A DNA stretch of 64,000 nucleotides from Acidobacteriota bacterium (GCA_043743165.1 JAYTXA010000059.1:70816-134815), one strand, 5' to 3'; numbered from the stretch's first letter, positions 1-9,767 are shown. Notes: generated from the sequence alone by a model not told the origin. A program made the numbers and translations.

Positions 1-967
1 TCACCACGGCACCACCGAATCCACCGCCCGTCATCCGCGCACCGTACACGTCCGGGTGTCGCGCGCCAATCTCGACAAGCGTGTCAACCTCAGGCGTGGA
101 GATCTCGTAGTCGTCGCGCATCGAGGCGTGCGACGCAAGGAAGAGTACTCCAAGCGTGGTCGCGTCACCGCCGCGTAAGGCAGCCACCGCTGCCAGCACG
201 CGTGCGTTCTCGGTCACCACGTGCCGGGCTCGCCTGGCCAGCAGCGGCGGCAGCTGTGCCAGCCGCCCGAGCTGGGCCGTGGGCACGTCGCGCAAACGCT
301 CCACGCCGAGCAGCGCCGCGGCCTGGAACGATTCGCTCCGCCGTTCAGAATAGGCACCGCCGGCATGCCGGTGGGTCACACCTGAATCGATGACGATAAT
401 CTCGAGCACAGGCGGAAGCGGCACCCGCTCATACTCGAGGGTGCGGGTATCAAGGAACAGCGCCTCACCATCGCGGCCGACACTGGACGCCATCTGGTCC
501 ATGATCCCGACCGGCGCACCGACGAAGTCGGTCTCGACGTGTTGCGCAAGCTGCGCGAGCTGCGTGTCGTCATACTCCAGCTCACACAGCAGCCGCAGAC
601 CGCGCAGAACGCTGACCACCAGGGCAGCGCTCGATGACACGCCGGCTCCCGACGGCACGGTAGACGTGACACGGAGGTCGAAGCCGGGTACCTCCACCCC
701 CTGGCGCGCCAGCACCACCGTGGCCCCCTGCACGTAGTCGAGCCAGCCACGACCTGCCGACTCCCGCCCAACCTCATACGTGACCCACGTATCGGCGACA
801 CCAGCGCTCGCCGCACGTACACACTGGTCGTGACGTCGTGCCAGCTGCACCGACGTGCGCTGCGGGAGCACCATCGGCAGCACGTATCCGTCGTGGTAAT
901 CCGTGTGCTCCCCGATCAGGTTTACGCGTCCGGGCGCACTCGCCGACGCCTCGTCACGCATCCACAT
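1..967 (-). CDS. galK: galactokinase (3' end cut by window edge)
   Basis: Absent from the ORF track because there is no stop in the window. My minus-strand translation from ATG 967 (alt 961) reads MWMRDEASASAPGRVNLIGEHTDYHDGYVLP... and runs to position 2 as ...ARMTGGGFGGAVV (GHMP kinase motifs). The start overlaps the galT stop (954-956). Confidence 0.9.
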   Translation of the reverse strand, partial: MWMRDEASASAPGRVNLIGEHTDYHDGYVLPMVLPQRTSVQLARRHDQCVRAASAGVADTWVTYEVGRESAGRGWLDYVQGATVVLARQGVEVPGFDLRVTSTVPSGAGVSSSAALVVSVLRGLRLLCELEYDDTQLAQLAQHVETDFVGAPVGIMDQMASSVGRDGEALFLDTRTLEYERVPLPPVLEIIVIDSGVTHRHAGGAYSERRSESFQAAALLGVERLRDVPTAQLGRLAQLPPLLARRARHVVTENARVLAAVAALRGGDATTLGVLFLASHASMRDDYEISTPEVDTLVEIGARHPDVYGARMTGGGFGGAVV

Positions 968-2042
968 CGACCTCGACGGCCTGCAAATCGCGCACGCGCT
1001 CCTCTGGCACGGTGTCGGCCGTGAACACCCCGGCACCAATCTCGCTGCCGGCCAGGTATTTCAGCCGTCCCTCCATGCGGTAGGCCGGATAGATCTCGGC
1101 GTGGAGGTGCGCTTCCGGGTGTTCGCCACCATCGGTCGGCGCCTGATGAAATGCCATGATGTAGGGGAACGGCCGGCTCCAGAGCCCGTCGTACTTCAGC
1201 AGCACGGTTTTGAGCGCTCGCGCGAAGTCGCGGCGCTCGTCCCGCGTCAGCGCGGCAAACGACGGCGCGGCCCGCATCGGAGCAATCCAGATCTCGTAGG
1301 AATAGCGCGCACAGATGGGCATGAACGCGGCGACCTGCGGCCCGCCGTAGACGAGGCGCGTGCCGGCGCTCACCTCACGAGCCACCAGGTCCTCCAGCAG
1401 CCCGCTGCCGTGACGCTCCAGATAGGCGCGCTGCTGTTCGAGTTCGCGCGCGGCAATGGGTGGCACGAACGGGTAGGCATAGATCTGTCCGTGCGGATGG
1501 TGGAGCGTCACCCCTACTTCGACGCCGCGGTTCTCGAACGGGAAGACGTAGGCCACGTCCGGGAGCGCGCCAAGCTGCTCGTAGCGATCGGCCCACACGT
1601 CGATGATCAATTCGATGTGCCCGAGCGACAGCGTGCCCAGGCTGGCCGCGGCATCCTGCGTGAACACCACGACTTCACAGACCCCGCGAGCGGGCCTCGT
1701 CGGCACCTCGAGCGGCGGTGGCTCCGGCACCCTCATCGCAAAGGTCGGGAACAGGTTCTCGAACACGGCCACCTCCCACGGGCCGGCCGGCAGCTCGGTC
1801 GGATGCCGCGGGTCGACCGTCGTGGCGAGCGGACTGTACTCTGCCGGAGGGAGGAACGTGCGATGTTGGCGATGGGTGGCGTACGCGACCCATTCGCCGC
1901 GCAGAGGATGCCACCGCAGGTGCGAGACGGGCGCGTGTGGCGTGGCGCTCGGACTGGGCGCGGTCATCGTGTCCGGCAGCGGCGCGCGCGCAAACAGCAT
2001 GAGCGCACGGCCGTCTGGCTTGGTGAGCACACGCTTGTACAT
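954..2042 (-). CDS. galT: galactose-1-phosphate uridylyltransferase
   Basis: C-terminal 362 aa of track ORF 954..2645, starting MYKRVLTKPDGRALMLF. Contains the HHPHGQIYAYPF (HxH) motif. Its ATG at 2042 overlaps the stop of the upstream GH2 gene. Confidence 0.9.
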   Translation of the reverse strand: MYKRVLTKPDGRALMLFARAPLPDTMTAPSPSATPHAPVSHLRWHPLRGEWVAYATHRQHRTFLPPAEYSPLATTVDPRHPTELPAGPWEVAVFENLFPTFAMRVPEPPPLEVPTRPARGVCEVVVFTQDAAASLGTLSLGHIELIIDVWADRYEQLGALPDVAYVFPFENRGVEVGVTLHHPHGQIYAYPFVPPIAARELEQQRAYLERHGSGLLEDLVAREVSAGTRLVYGGPQVAAFMPICARYSYEIWIAPMRAAPSFAALTRDERRDFARALKTVLLKYDGLWSRPFPYIMAFHQAPTDGGEHPEAHLHAEIYPAYRMEGRLKYLAGSEIGAGVFTADTVPEERVRDLQAVEVDVDA

Positions 2043-3892
2043 CAACGGCTCTCTTCGCGCTCCAGCGTGCTCTTGATCTGCTCGAGGCCGTCCCATCGCA
2101 CCGCTCCGGGCCCCGCCGTAGCGCGAGCAATGTCGGCGATCGGAATCTTCGGCGTGCGGTCCGCATGGAGCAGACCATTGGCTTCCTGATAGGTGTCGCT
2201 GAACTGCGTGTAGCAGAAGCCGGCCAGCAGCCCAAGGTTGCGGATGACCGCCATCAGACGCTCGTATCGCTCGGCGAACTCCTCGGGCGTGCTCGACACG
2301 GCATATCCCCACGTTCCACTGCCGGGCCGCGCCAGCGCAATTCCCCCAAATTCCGTGAGCATCAGCGGCATGTCGACGTGCGCGTGTCCATCGAGCACCA
2401 GCTGACGCCCCCCTGGCCGCTCGCGCTTGAACAGACGCGGCAGCATGTCGTCGGCGAGGTACCGCTTCGCCAACCGCTCCGGCACATCGTCGTAGTCGTG
2501 GATACCGATGATGTCGGTGGCGACGCTCTCCCAGCCATCGTTCCCGATCACTGGCCTGCTGGAGTCCAGCGTCTTTGTCAGGTGATAGAGCGCCTGCACG
2601 TAGTGCCGCTCGCGCGGGTTGTCCGGCAGGTTGGGCACGCCCCACGACTCATTGATCGGCACCCAGGCGACGATGCAGGGGTGGGAGTAGTCGCGGTGGA
2701 TAGCTTCGGTCCATTCGCGCGACAGACGGTCCACCGACTGCGTCGTGAATCGGTACGCACTCGGCATTTCTTCCCAGACCACGAGACCCAGCGTGTCGGC
2801 CCAGTACAGGTAGCGCGGATCCTCGATCTTCTGGTGCTTGCGCACGCCGTTGAAGCCCATCGCGCGCGCCAGTTGCACGTCGCGCTTCAGCGCATCGTCG
2901 TCCGGCGCCGTCAGCCCGCCCTCCGGCCAGTAGCCCTGGTCGAGCACCATACGCAGCGGGTACGGCCGGCCGTTCAACAGGAAGCGATCGCCCTGCGCGG
3001 CGATCGAGCGCAGCCCCACATAGGACTGGGCACGATCGAGCAACTCGCCCCGCTCGCCCCACAGTTCGAGGACCACGTCGATGAGATGGGGTACATGCGG
3101 ACTCCACAACAACTCATTGCGTGAGTCATCGATGCCCGGATCGGACAGCGACACGCCACGATGCACCTCGCCGCAGATCACCTGATACGTGTCGGCGGCC
3201 AGGACGGTCGTTCCGCTCCGCAGGCGAACCGACAGACGGGTGTCGGCTCGGCGTTCGCCTTCCAGCCACATCTGCACCCCAACCTGCCAGTGGGCGAGGT
3301 CGGGGGTGAATGCGACGCGCCCGATTCGGGTGGCAGGTACCTTCTCGAGCCACACGGTCTGCCAGATACCCGAGGTCCGCGGATACCAGATTGAATGCGG
3401 CTCGAGCTGCCAGTCCTGCTTTCCCCGTGGCTTCGCGAGGTCCTGTGGGTCGTCATCAGCGCGGATGACGATCTCGCACGTCGGTCCGGATAGGACGTCG
3501 GTGACGTCGAAGCTAAAGGGCGTGTAGCCACCCTCATGCTCCCCCAGAGACACGCCGTTGACCCAGACGGTTGCCCGCCAATCAACCGCGCCGAAATGGA
3601 GCATCCAGCGTTCGCCCACCTGGGACTGCGGCAACTCGGAGCTACGGCGATACCAGCAGGCCTGGAAGAACGAGGTGTCGCCGATGCCGCTCAGTGGCGC
3701 TTCCGGAGCGAACGGCACCTGAATCGGTCCATTCCACACGACCTCGTCTGGACGTCGCCACACGCCGTCGGTGTCGATGGCGAAGTCCCAGGAGCCATTG
3801 AGCGAGTACCACATGTCCCGCCGCAACTGCGGGCGCGGGTAGCCGCGGCGATAACTGTCGAGGTGATTGGATGGGATTGGGTCGATAGGCAT
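2042..3892 (-). CDS. glycoside hydrolase family 2 (beta-galactosidase/beta-glucuronidase-like)
   Basis: 616-aa ORF with the GH2 sugar-binding, Ig-like and TIM-barrel pattern (WYRR..., NGVSLGEHEGGYTPFSFDVT, WVPINESWG, GNDGWE). Translationally coupled to galT. Confidence 0.8.
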   Translation of the reverse strand: MPIDPIPSNHLDSYRRGYPRPQLRRDMWYSLNGSWDFAIDTDGVWRRPDEVVWNGPIQVPFAPEAPLSGIGDTSFFQACWYRRSSELPQSQVGERWMLHFGAVDWRATVWVNGVSLGEHEGGYTPFSFDVTDVLSGPTCEIVIRADDDPQDLAKPRGKQDWQLEPHSIWYPRTSGIWQTVWLEKVPATRIGRVAFTPDLAHWQVGVQMWLEGERRADTRLSVRLRSGTTVLAADTYQVICGEVHRGVSLSDPGIDDSRNELLWSPHVPHLIDVVLELWGERGELLDRAQSYVGLRSIAAQGDRFLLNGRPYPLRMVLDQGYWPEGGLTAPDDDALKRDVQLARAMGFNGVRKHQKIEDPRYLYWADTLGLVVWEEMPSAYRFTTQSVDRLSREWTEAIHRDYSHPCIVAWVPINESWGVPNLPDNPRERHYVQALYHLTKTLDSSRPVIGNDGWESVATDIIGIHDYDDVPERLAKRYLADDMLPRLFKRERPGGRQLVLDGHAHVDMPLMLTEFGGIALARPGSGTWGYAVSSTPEEFAERYERLMAVIRNLGLLAGFCYTQFSDTYQEANGLLHADRTPKIPIADIARATAGPGAVRWDGLEQIKSTLEREESR

Positions 3893-3937
3893 GGGAGTAA
3901 CGCGTCGGGATGCACGTTTGCAAGCAACCCGCCAGAC

Positions 3938-5020
3938 CTACGACACGTCGAAGTGCCACGTGGTCATCGAGCGGTATTCCGCACCAGGGCGAATCACCAC
4001 CGAAGGAAACGCAGTCTGGTTCGGAGCGTCCGGGAAATGCTGGCTCTCGAGACAGAGGCCCGCGTGCTTCCCGAAGAGAGAGCCATCAGACGCGGCCGTC
4101 CGGTCGAGCAGGTGACCGCTGTAGAACTGCAGTCCAGGTTCGGTGGTCCGGATGTGAAGCCGGCGCCCCGAGGCTGGGTCGCGCAGCGACGCCGCAGGAG
4201 CCAACTCACCCATCGCCGTGGCAAGCACGAAGTTGTGGTCGAAGCCGCCCGCTGCCTGCAACTGCGGATGCTGCTCGTGGAGGCGCTCACGGAGCCGGGC
4301 TGGTCGCCGAAAGTCGAACGGTGTCCCGGCAACGCTCTCCAGGGTTCCAGTGGGAATCAGGTCCGGTCGGACCGGCGTGTAACACTCGGCGATCATGGTG
4401 AGTTCATGGTCGAGCACGCTCGCGCTCGCCGTTCCAGCCAAATTGAAGTAGCTGTGCTGCGTGAGGTTGATGATCGTCGGGGCATCCGTGGTCGCCACAT
4501 ACTCGAGGACGACGGTGTCCTCGGTCGTCAGCAGGTAGCGCGCCTCCACCTGCACCGCGCCGGGATAGCCGTCCTCCCCAGCTGGACTTGTTCGCGTCAG
4601 CGCCATGCCAGCCGAGTCGTCCGACAGCAGAGGCGCAGCGCTCCACAGTTTCCGGCTGAACCCGTGATAGCCACCGTGAAGGTGATTGGGACCGTCGTTG
4701 GTCTGCAGCCAGTGCACCACGCCGTCGATGCTGACGTGCCCGGCGTCGATGCGGTTCGCGCAGCGTCCGATCAAGGCTCCGATGTACGAACGGTTCTCCA
4801 CGTACGGCTCGAGACGATCGAACCCGAGCACCACATTTGCCAAGCGACCATCGCGTCCCGGGACGTGCAGCGACGTGATGATCCCGCCGTAGGTGATGGC
4901 AGACAGGGTGAGGCGGCCATTGCTGATCGTGAACAGGTCAACCACACGACCATCGGCCAACGTCCCGAATGGACTGCGTTCGACCGCCGGCGCACGAGGT
5001 CGGATGCCACCACCGCTCAT
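3938..5020 (-). CDS. galM: aldose 1-epimerase (galactose mutarotase)
   Basis: 360-aa ORF with LTNGRL-like N-terminus, NHLHGG, GRCANRI and FCLESQHFPDAPN motifs typical of mutarotases. Confidence 0.85.
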   Translation of the reverse strand: MSGGGIRPRAPAVERSPFGTLADGRVVDLFTISNGRLTLSAITYGGIITSLHVPGRDGRLANVVLGFDRLEPYVENRSYIGALIGRCANRIDAGHVSIDGVVHWLQTNDGPNHLHGGYHGFSRKLWSAAPLLSDDSAGMALTRTSPAGEDGYPGAVQVEARYLLTTEDTVVLEYVATTDAPTIINLTQHSYFNLAGTASASVLDHELTMIAECYTPVRPDLIPTGTLESVAGTPFDFRRPARLRERLHEQHPQLQAAGGFDHNFVLATAMGELAPAASLRDPASGRRLHIRTTEPGLQFYSGHLLDRTAASDGSLFGKHAGLCLESQHFPDAPNQTAFPSVVIRPGAEYRSMTTWHFDVS

Positions 5021-5739
5021 GACACGAGGCCCAGGATGTTCTGGCTCAACTGCCGCAGACGATGCCGGCGCGCGTTCTCGTCTTCATGCTGCTGTTCGGG
5101 CGGGCACGGATGGTCGTCCGCTACGTGCAGCACGTCGAGTTGCGCGCGGTGCGCCGCAACAAACATGGCGTGTCGCCAACCCCACCCCAGGCCGGCATCG
5201 AGCGTGGCGACGTGCGAGAGCAGCGTCCGCGGCATTACGAAGGGTCCGTATGAGTAGTCGCCAGGGCGACTGATGGTTTGAGCGCACAGCTTATTGATTA
5301 CGCGTTCCGCATAGCGCTGCATCGGCGGGAATGTCGCGAAGCTGCCGTCGGTTCGGCTCGCGAGCGTCATCCCCATGCGGTCGTGATCGGGCACAGCTTT
5401 GAGGAACGCCGGCAGGCGGTGTTCGAAGAACAAGCGCTTATCCGGCTCCACATACAGGATGAAGCGACGGCCGAAAGTCGAGGCCAACGCCATACTTGCC
5501 TGCACTTGTCCAACCAGCCCCTGTTGGGACGCCGCACAGAGATGAAGCCCCTTCAGATTGCAGAGCCGATCCGTGAACACCGCGCGCCCATCGCGGTCGG
5601 CGACCGCGACCGGCATACCCGTGGCGGCCAGGCACCGGAGGGCGTCCACGAGTGTTGCCTCTTCCTCATCCGTTCGGGCCCAGGTGATAGTGCAAACCGC
5701 AATGTCGGTGCAGTGCATACACCTGTCCTCTACCGGCAC
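5017..5739 (-). CDS. hypothetical protein, possibly GT-A-fold glycosyltransferase-like; first gene of the gal operon
   Basis: 240-aa ORF whose stop overlaps the galM ATG (ATGA). The pattern IAVCTITWAR..., VADRDG, YVEPDK is weakly reminiscent of GT-A enzymes. GTG start at 5739, or ATG at 5718. Confidence 0.5.
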   Translation of the reverse strand: MPVEDRCMHCTDIAVCTITWARTDEEEATLVDALRCLAATGMPVAVADRDGRAVFTDRLCNLKGLHLCAASQQGLVGQVQASMALASTFGRRFILYVEPDKRLFFEHRLPAFLKAVPDHDRMGMTLASRTDGSFATFPPMQRYAERVINKLCAQTISRPGDYSYGPFVMPRTLLSHVATLDAGLGWGWRHAMFVAAHRAQLDVLHVADDHPCPPEQQHEDENARRHRLRQLSQNILGLVS

Positions 5740-6126
5740 GTCTCGGGTGGACTGATAACTTACTCGCCCTCTGGATCCGATTCAGGCGCCGGTTCGTCGG
5801 CGAGCGCGTTCGGATTCGTCCGCTTGATGTTCATGCTGCTGCCAAAGCAAGCGGCACGCCGTACAGCCCCGAGGCTCGTCCAGCCCATGGATGTCAACGA
5901 AGATGGCCGGAATTCGAGGCGGCTCGGCTTCTTCTTCAGCGCCAACCGCGCAAGCGGTCGAGGATGAGGCACGTGCTAGCGGGCGCAGGCCGAGCAGGAT
6001 AACGACGGTAAGCCAACGCTGCCAACCACACTGCGGGTCAGCGCGGCTGGACGTTGCGTCGGTCTTGGCTCGACTTTGGCTTAGAGGTGAGCGAGACAGC
6101 TGGGGCTGTCAGCAAAGGAGGGCATC

Positions 6127-6567
6127 ATGACGAGACAAACTGCGGTAGTCGTCGGGCTGGGCACGGTCGCGCTGGTGGTGGCGTCCGTGTTCGCGTCGTC
6201 GCCGACGGATAAATCGCCGAAGTCCGCCGACGTCACGATGCAACCGCTCGACCCGGCAGTCGCGGCTAAAGCCGAGGATAGTTGCTGGTTCAAGGTGAAG
6301 AACCGATCGGGGAAGGCTGAAGAAGTACGGCAGTGGGCGGCCGTGTCACCCAACGGCGCCAGCACCCAGCGGTTGGGCGAACTGCTGATCGTGACCGGTG
6401 CGATGGAACCCTCGGTTCATGACAACCGCTTTTACGGCTGCTCCCTGTTCGAGTACACCAAAGGCTCGCCCGTGGTGATGACGGCCACCACGGCGTCCGG
6501 ACCGGTCAGGCCAGATACGGTGGTGCCGTTCGGATTCTCGAAGGACGGGATGAAGCAGCAGCGTTAG
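6127..6567 (+). CDS. hypothetical membrane-anchored/secreted protein
   Basis: 146-aa ORF. Strong SD AAGGAGG (6115-6121) lies 5 nt upstream of the ATG. N-terminal hydrophobic segment VVVGLGTVALVVASVFA. Confidence 0.65.
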   Translation: MTRQTAVVVGLGTVALVVASVFASSPTDKSPKSADVTMQPLDPAVAAKAEDSCWFKVKNRSGKAEEVRQWAAVSPNGASTQRLGELLIVTGAMEPSVHDNRFYGCSLFEYTKGSPVVMTATTASGPVRPDTVVPFGFSKDGMKQQR

Positions 6568-6656
6568 CCGTTCACACCAGCACGCTCCTCGCGCGCAGCA
6601 GCGGCCCGAATGCGGCGGGGCGAGGGGTAGGGTGCTGTTCTTGCAGCCGTGCAGGC

Positions 6657-6899
6657 ATGCCCAACAACATGGAACCGCAACCACCCGATCCGTCCCACGA
6701 CGACCTGTCCAACCCTGGCCCTCACCGCCCCGATACGCCTGTGGTCGACAACGAAGCGCACGACCAGAACGACGACGGCCCGGGTGCGCCGTATCCGGAC
6801 GCGGACAGCACCGCAAGCGAGGCGACGCAGACCGGCACCAAGAAGCCGCTGTCCGACATGGCGCCGCCTGGACAGGACGACCTGCAGGGTTCTGAGTAG
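6657..6899 (+). CDS. hypothetical small acidic, proline-rich protein
   Basis: 80-aa ORF with G/C-rich third codon positions. No recognisable family and no clear SD. Confidence 0.4.
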   Translation: MPNNMEPQPPDPSHDDLSNPGPHRPDTPVVDNEAHDQNDDGPGAPYPDADSTASEATQTGTKKPLSDMAPPGQDDLQGSE

Positions 6900-7004
6900 C
6901 GTCTCGCTCGCGCTCGGTGCGGCTGGGGTTCAGTCCCCAGCCGCAGGCACCCTCCTCCCTTCCTGTCCCATCGTTCCCTCCACGACCTCCCCGTCACCGA
7001 GTTC

Positions 7005-7060
7005 TTGACAACCGTCTGGTCCCCCTCTACGATGACCATTATGAGACCGAGTCTCATAAT
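7005..7060 (+). promoter_or_regulatory. candidate sigma70-type promoter plus operator upstream of feoAB
   Basis: TTGACA (7005-7010), a 17-nt spacer, then TACGAT (7028-7033). This is followed by a perfect 10-bp inverted repeat ATTATGAGAC-cga-GTCTCATAAT (7038-7060). Confidence 0.5.
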
Positions 7061-7147
7061 CACAAGTCGTCAAAACGAGCGCCTTCCGCGGCTGCGGACC
7101 AGCGCTCCACGGGCTCGGTAACCCTCTTATATACGCGGGTTTTGGTG

Positions 7148-7495
7148 ATGCACTCCTCTTCGACTGTCGACCTGTCACCCGTATCGACACCTGCATCCGA
7201 GCCAATGCCCGAAGGGTGTCAGGCGCCCGATCAGTGCCAAGCTTCTCCCGTCCGCCTCTGTCTGCTTCCAGTAGGCACCGAAGCCACGTTACACAGCATC
7301 GATGACGATCAGGCTCGTGGCCTGCTGCGATCGCTCGGCGTCATGGGCACGTGCCGGCTGCGCGTGTGCCAGTCCGGAAACCCCTGCGTCATCCAGGTCC
7401 GCAGCACCCGCATCGGCATCTCGCTGCGCACGGCCGAATCGGTCTGTGTGGTGCCCGAGTCACCTGGTGCAGCGTCAACCGCACTCCGTTCCTAG
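7148..7495 (+). CDS. feoA: FeoA-family ferrous iron transport protein
   Basis: C-terminal part of track ORF 6917..7495 from ATG 7148. The sequence LCLLPVGTEATLHSIDDDQARGLLRSLGVMGTCRLRVCQSGNPCVIQVRSTRIGISLRTAESVCV fits the FeoA SH3-like domain. It directly abuts feoB. The start is uncertain (TTG/GTG/ATG cluster at 7142-7150). Confidence 0.75.
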   Translation: MHSSSTVDLSPVSTPASEPMPEGCQAPDQCQASPVRLCLLPVGTEATLHSIDDDQARGLLRSLGVMGTCRLRVCQSGNPCVIQVRSTRIGISLRTAESVCVVPESPGAASTALRS

Positions 7496-9475
7496 ATGAC
7501 CAGCGCTGTTGCCGGGGTCGCCACTGCGGCGGCCGAAGTCCGCACGCTTGTCCTGATCGGCAATCCCAACACGGGTAAGACCACGCTCTTCAACGCCTTC
7601 TGCGGCGCCCGAGCGAAAACCTCGAACTTCCCCGGAACAACCACGTCGATTCGTCGGGGCCAACTGCGCGGCGGCGCGCTCGCCTCGGGCATCGAGGTGC
7701 TCGACCTCCCCGGCGTCTACGACCTCTCCGAAGACAGCCCCGAAGCCCGCATCGCCACCAGCGTGCTGTCTGCCTCGTCGAGCGGCGCCGAGGCACAGGT
7801 CGTCGTCGCGATCATCGACGCCTGCCACCTGGCGCGAAACCTGACCATCGTCGGGCAGACGCTCGCGACGGGAAGCCGGCTGGTCGTGGCCTTGAACATG
7901 GTCGACCTTGCCGAGCGCAACGGTCTGACGATTGATGCACCCGCGCTCTCGGCACTGCTGGGTGTGCCGGTCATCCCGATCGTCGCCCGTACGCAGCGGG
8001 GGTTCGATCAATTGCAGCGCGCCATCCTGAACGACGCGGTGGGACGCACCCACGCCGCACCGGACACGTCGGATGCCGAGGCTCTGGCCAGATGGGCCGA
8101 TGTCACGACAGCAATGGTGCAGTCTGGACGCACCGGCAATGAGCCGGACCAGATGGCCGACCGCGTCGACTACTGGCTCACGCATCCGGTCGCCGGCGTC
8201 GGCATCTTTCTGGCCCTCATGGGCGCGCTGTTCTACCTGCTGTTCTCGATGGCCACGGTGCCGATGGATCTCATCGAGACGGTGTTCGCCTCGCTGGGTG
8301 GACTGATCGAGCGCACGCTCCCGGACGGCGCACTCAGGGATCTCCTGATCAACGGCATTGTCGGCGGACTGGCGGGCACCGTCGTCTTCCTGCCGCAGAT
8401 CTGCCTGCTCTTCTTCCTGATCTCGCTCCTCGAAGACACGGGCTATCTCGCTCGGGCGGCGTTCGTGATGGATCGATTACTGGCACCGTTTGGACTTCCA
8501 GGCCACGCCTTCGTGCCGTTGCTGACATCGCATGCCTGTGCGCTGCCTGGCATCATGAGTACGAGGCTCATCCCGAACCGGCGCGATCGGCTCGCCACGA
8601 TCCTCATCGCGCCGTTCATGAGTTGCTCGGCGCGGCTGCCGATCTACGTGCTGCTTACCAGCCTCCTGTTCGCCGGCCGTCCGGCTGCAGCCGCGGCTGC
8701 GTTCGCGGGGTGCTATGCGCTTGGCGCAGCGGCCGCTCTGCTGACGGCCCGTCTCTTCAGCAGCACCATCCTGCGCGGGCGACCGCGGCCGATGATTCTC
8801 GAGTTGCCCAGTTACAAGCGGCCCTCGTTCATGAATGCCCTGCTCTCCGCCAAAGACCAGGGCCTGTCGTTCCTGACCACCGCGGGCACGGCCATCATTG
8901 CCATCTGCATCGTCATGTGGTGGCTCAGCGCCTATCCGAAGAGCGAGGCGCCTGCCCGCGTGCACGACCTGCGCGTCGCCGCGTCCACCGCCCCGAGCGC
9001 CGAGGGCCGTGCCGCCCTCGTGCAGGAAGCCGACACCCTCGAGGCCCGCACCAGGCAGGCCAACAGCTTCGCGGGGCGCATCGGCCGCGGCCTGGCGCCG
9101 GCCTTCCGGCCGCTCGGGTTCGACTGGCAGCTCACCGTCGGTGTGCTCACCAGTTTCCTCGCACGCGAAGTCTTCGTCTCGACCATGACGGTGCTCGCCG
9201 GGGCGCGCGACAACGGCGATGTCGACGCGGGGGTGATTGCCCGCATCGGGTCGATGACACGCGACGACGGGTCGCTGGTCTTTACGCCGTCGACGGCCGC
9301 GTCGGCGCTGGTCTTCTTCGTGCTCGCCATGCAGTGCCTGCCGACGCTGACGGTCACGCGAAAGGAAACCGGCAGCCTGAAGTACGCCGCGCTGCAGCTG
9401 TTCTACATGTCGGGCCTGGCGTATGCCGCGGCGTTCCTTGTGTACGCCGGCATGCGCGGAGCCGGACTCTCCTGA
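7496..9475 (+). CDS. feoB: ferrous iron transporter FeoB
   Basis: 659-aa ORF with an N-terminal G-domain (GNPNTGKTTLFN, DLPG, NMVD) followed by a polytopic membrane domain. Confidence 0.95.
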   Translation: MTSAVAGVATAAAEVRTLVLIGNPNTGKTTLFNAFCGARAKTSNFPGTTTSIRRGQLRGGALASGIEVLDLPGVYDLSEDSPEARIATSVLSASSSGAEAQVVVAIIDACHLARNLTIVGQTLATGSRLVVALNMVDLAERNGLTIDAPALSALLGVPVIPIVARTQRGFDQLQRAILNDAVGRTHAAPDTSDAEALARWADVTTAMVQSGRTGNEPDQMADRVDYWLTHPVAGVGIFLALMGALFYLLFSMATVPMDLIETVFASLGGLIERTLPDGALRDLLINGIVGGLAGTVVFLPQICLLFFLISLLEDTGYLARAAFVMDRLLAPFGLPGHAFVPLLTSHACALPGIMSTRLIPNRRDRLATILIAPFMSCSARLPIYVLLTSLLFAGRPAAAAAAFAGCYALGAAAALLTARLFSSTILRGRPRPMILELPSYKRPSFMNALLSAKDQGLSFLTTAGTAIIAICIVMWWLSAYPKSEAPARVHDLRVAASTAPSAEGRAALVQEADTLEARTRQANSFAGRIGRGLAPAFRPLGFDWQLTVGVLTSFLAREVFVSTMTVLAGARDNGDVDAGVIARIGSMTRDDGSLVFTPSTAASALVFFVLAMQCLPTLTVTRKETGSLKYAALQLFYMSGLAYAAAFLVYAGMRGAGLS

Positions 9476-9482
9476 GGCTGCC

Positions 9483-9767
9483 ATGATGACGATGATGTCG
9501 ATGCAGGATGGTCTCGTGACACTCATCGCCCTGGGTGCGGGCGCCATCCTCCTGCGCCGCGTGCTCGGCTTCGCCAGGAGCTCCGGCGACTCGCCGTGTG
9601 CGCACTGCTCGTCCTCGCCCTCGAAACCCTCCGTTGCCGCTATGGGAAGCAGCTCGAACACGACCGTCTATCCGCTCACGCTCGTCCGCCCCGCCGGCAG
9701 CGCGCCACGATCGGCGTCGGCCGCCACGGCAACGGGTCCGGCGCCCGGCCGTTCCTGCCACTCGTAG
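9483..9767 (+). CDS. FeoB-associated Cys-rich membrane protein-like
   Basis: Internal ATG of track ORF 9423..9767, 8 nt after the feoB stop. The sequence MMTMMSMQDGLVTLIALGAGAILLRRVLGFARSSGDSPCAHCSS is one TM helix, then a basic stretch, then CxxC. The tail is longer than is typical for this family. Confidence 0.5.
   Translation: MMTMMSMQDGLVTLIALGAGAILLRRVLGFARSSGDSPCAHCSSSPSKPSVAAMGSSSNTTVYPLTLVRPAGSAPRSASAATATGPAPGRSCHS

Noticed and set aside
903-5257. Long plus-strand ORFs 903..2189 (428 aa) and 3536..5257 (573 aa)
   Set aside because: Both are antisense to galK, galT and GH2 or to GH2, galM and the upstream GT-like gene, which carry unambiguous catalytic motifs. Their composition is Arg/Gly/Pro-biased.
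7038-7060. Labelling the feoAB palindrome a Fur box
   Set aside because: Only the terminal ATTAT/ATAAT parts resemble the Fur consensus. It is reported as an unassigned operator instead.
8477-9661. 394-aa minus-strand ORF over feoB
   Set aside because: Antisense shadow. feoB is unambiguous.
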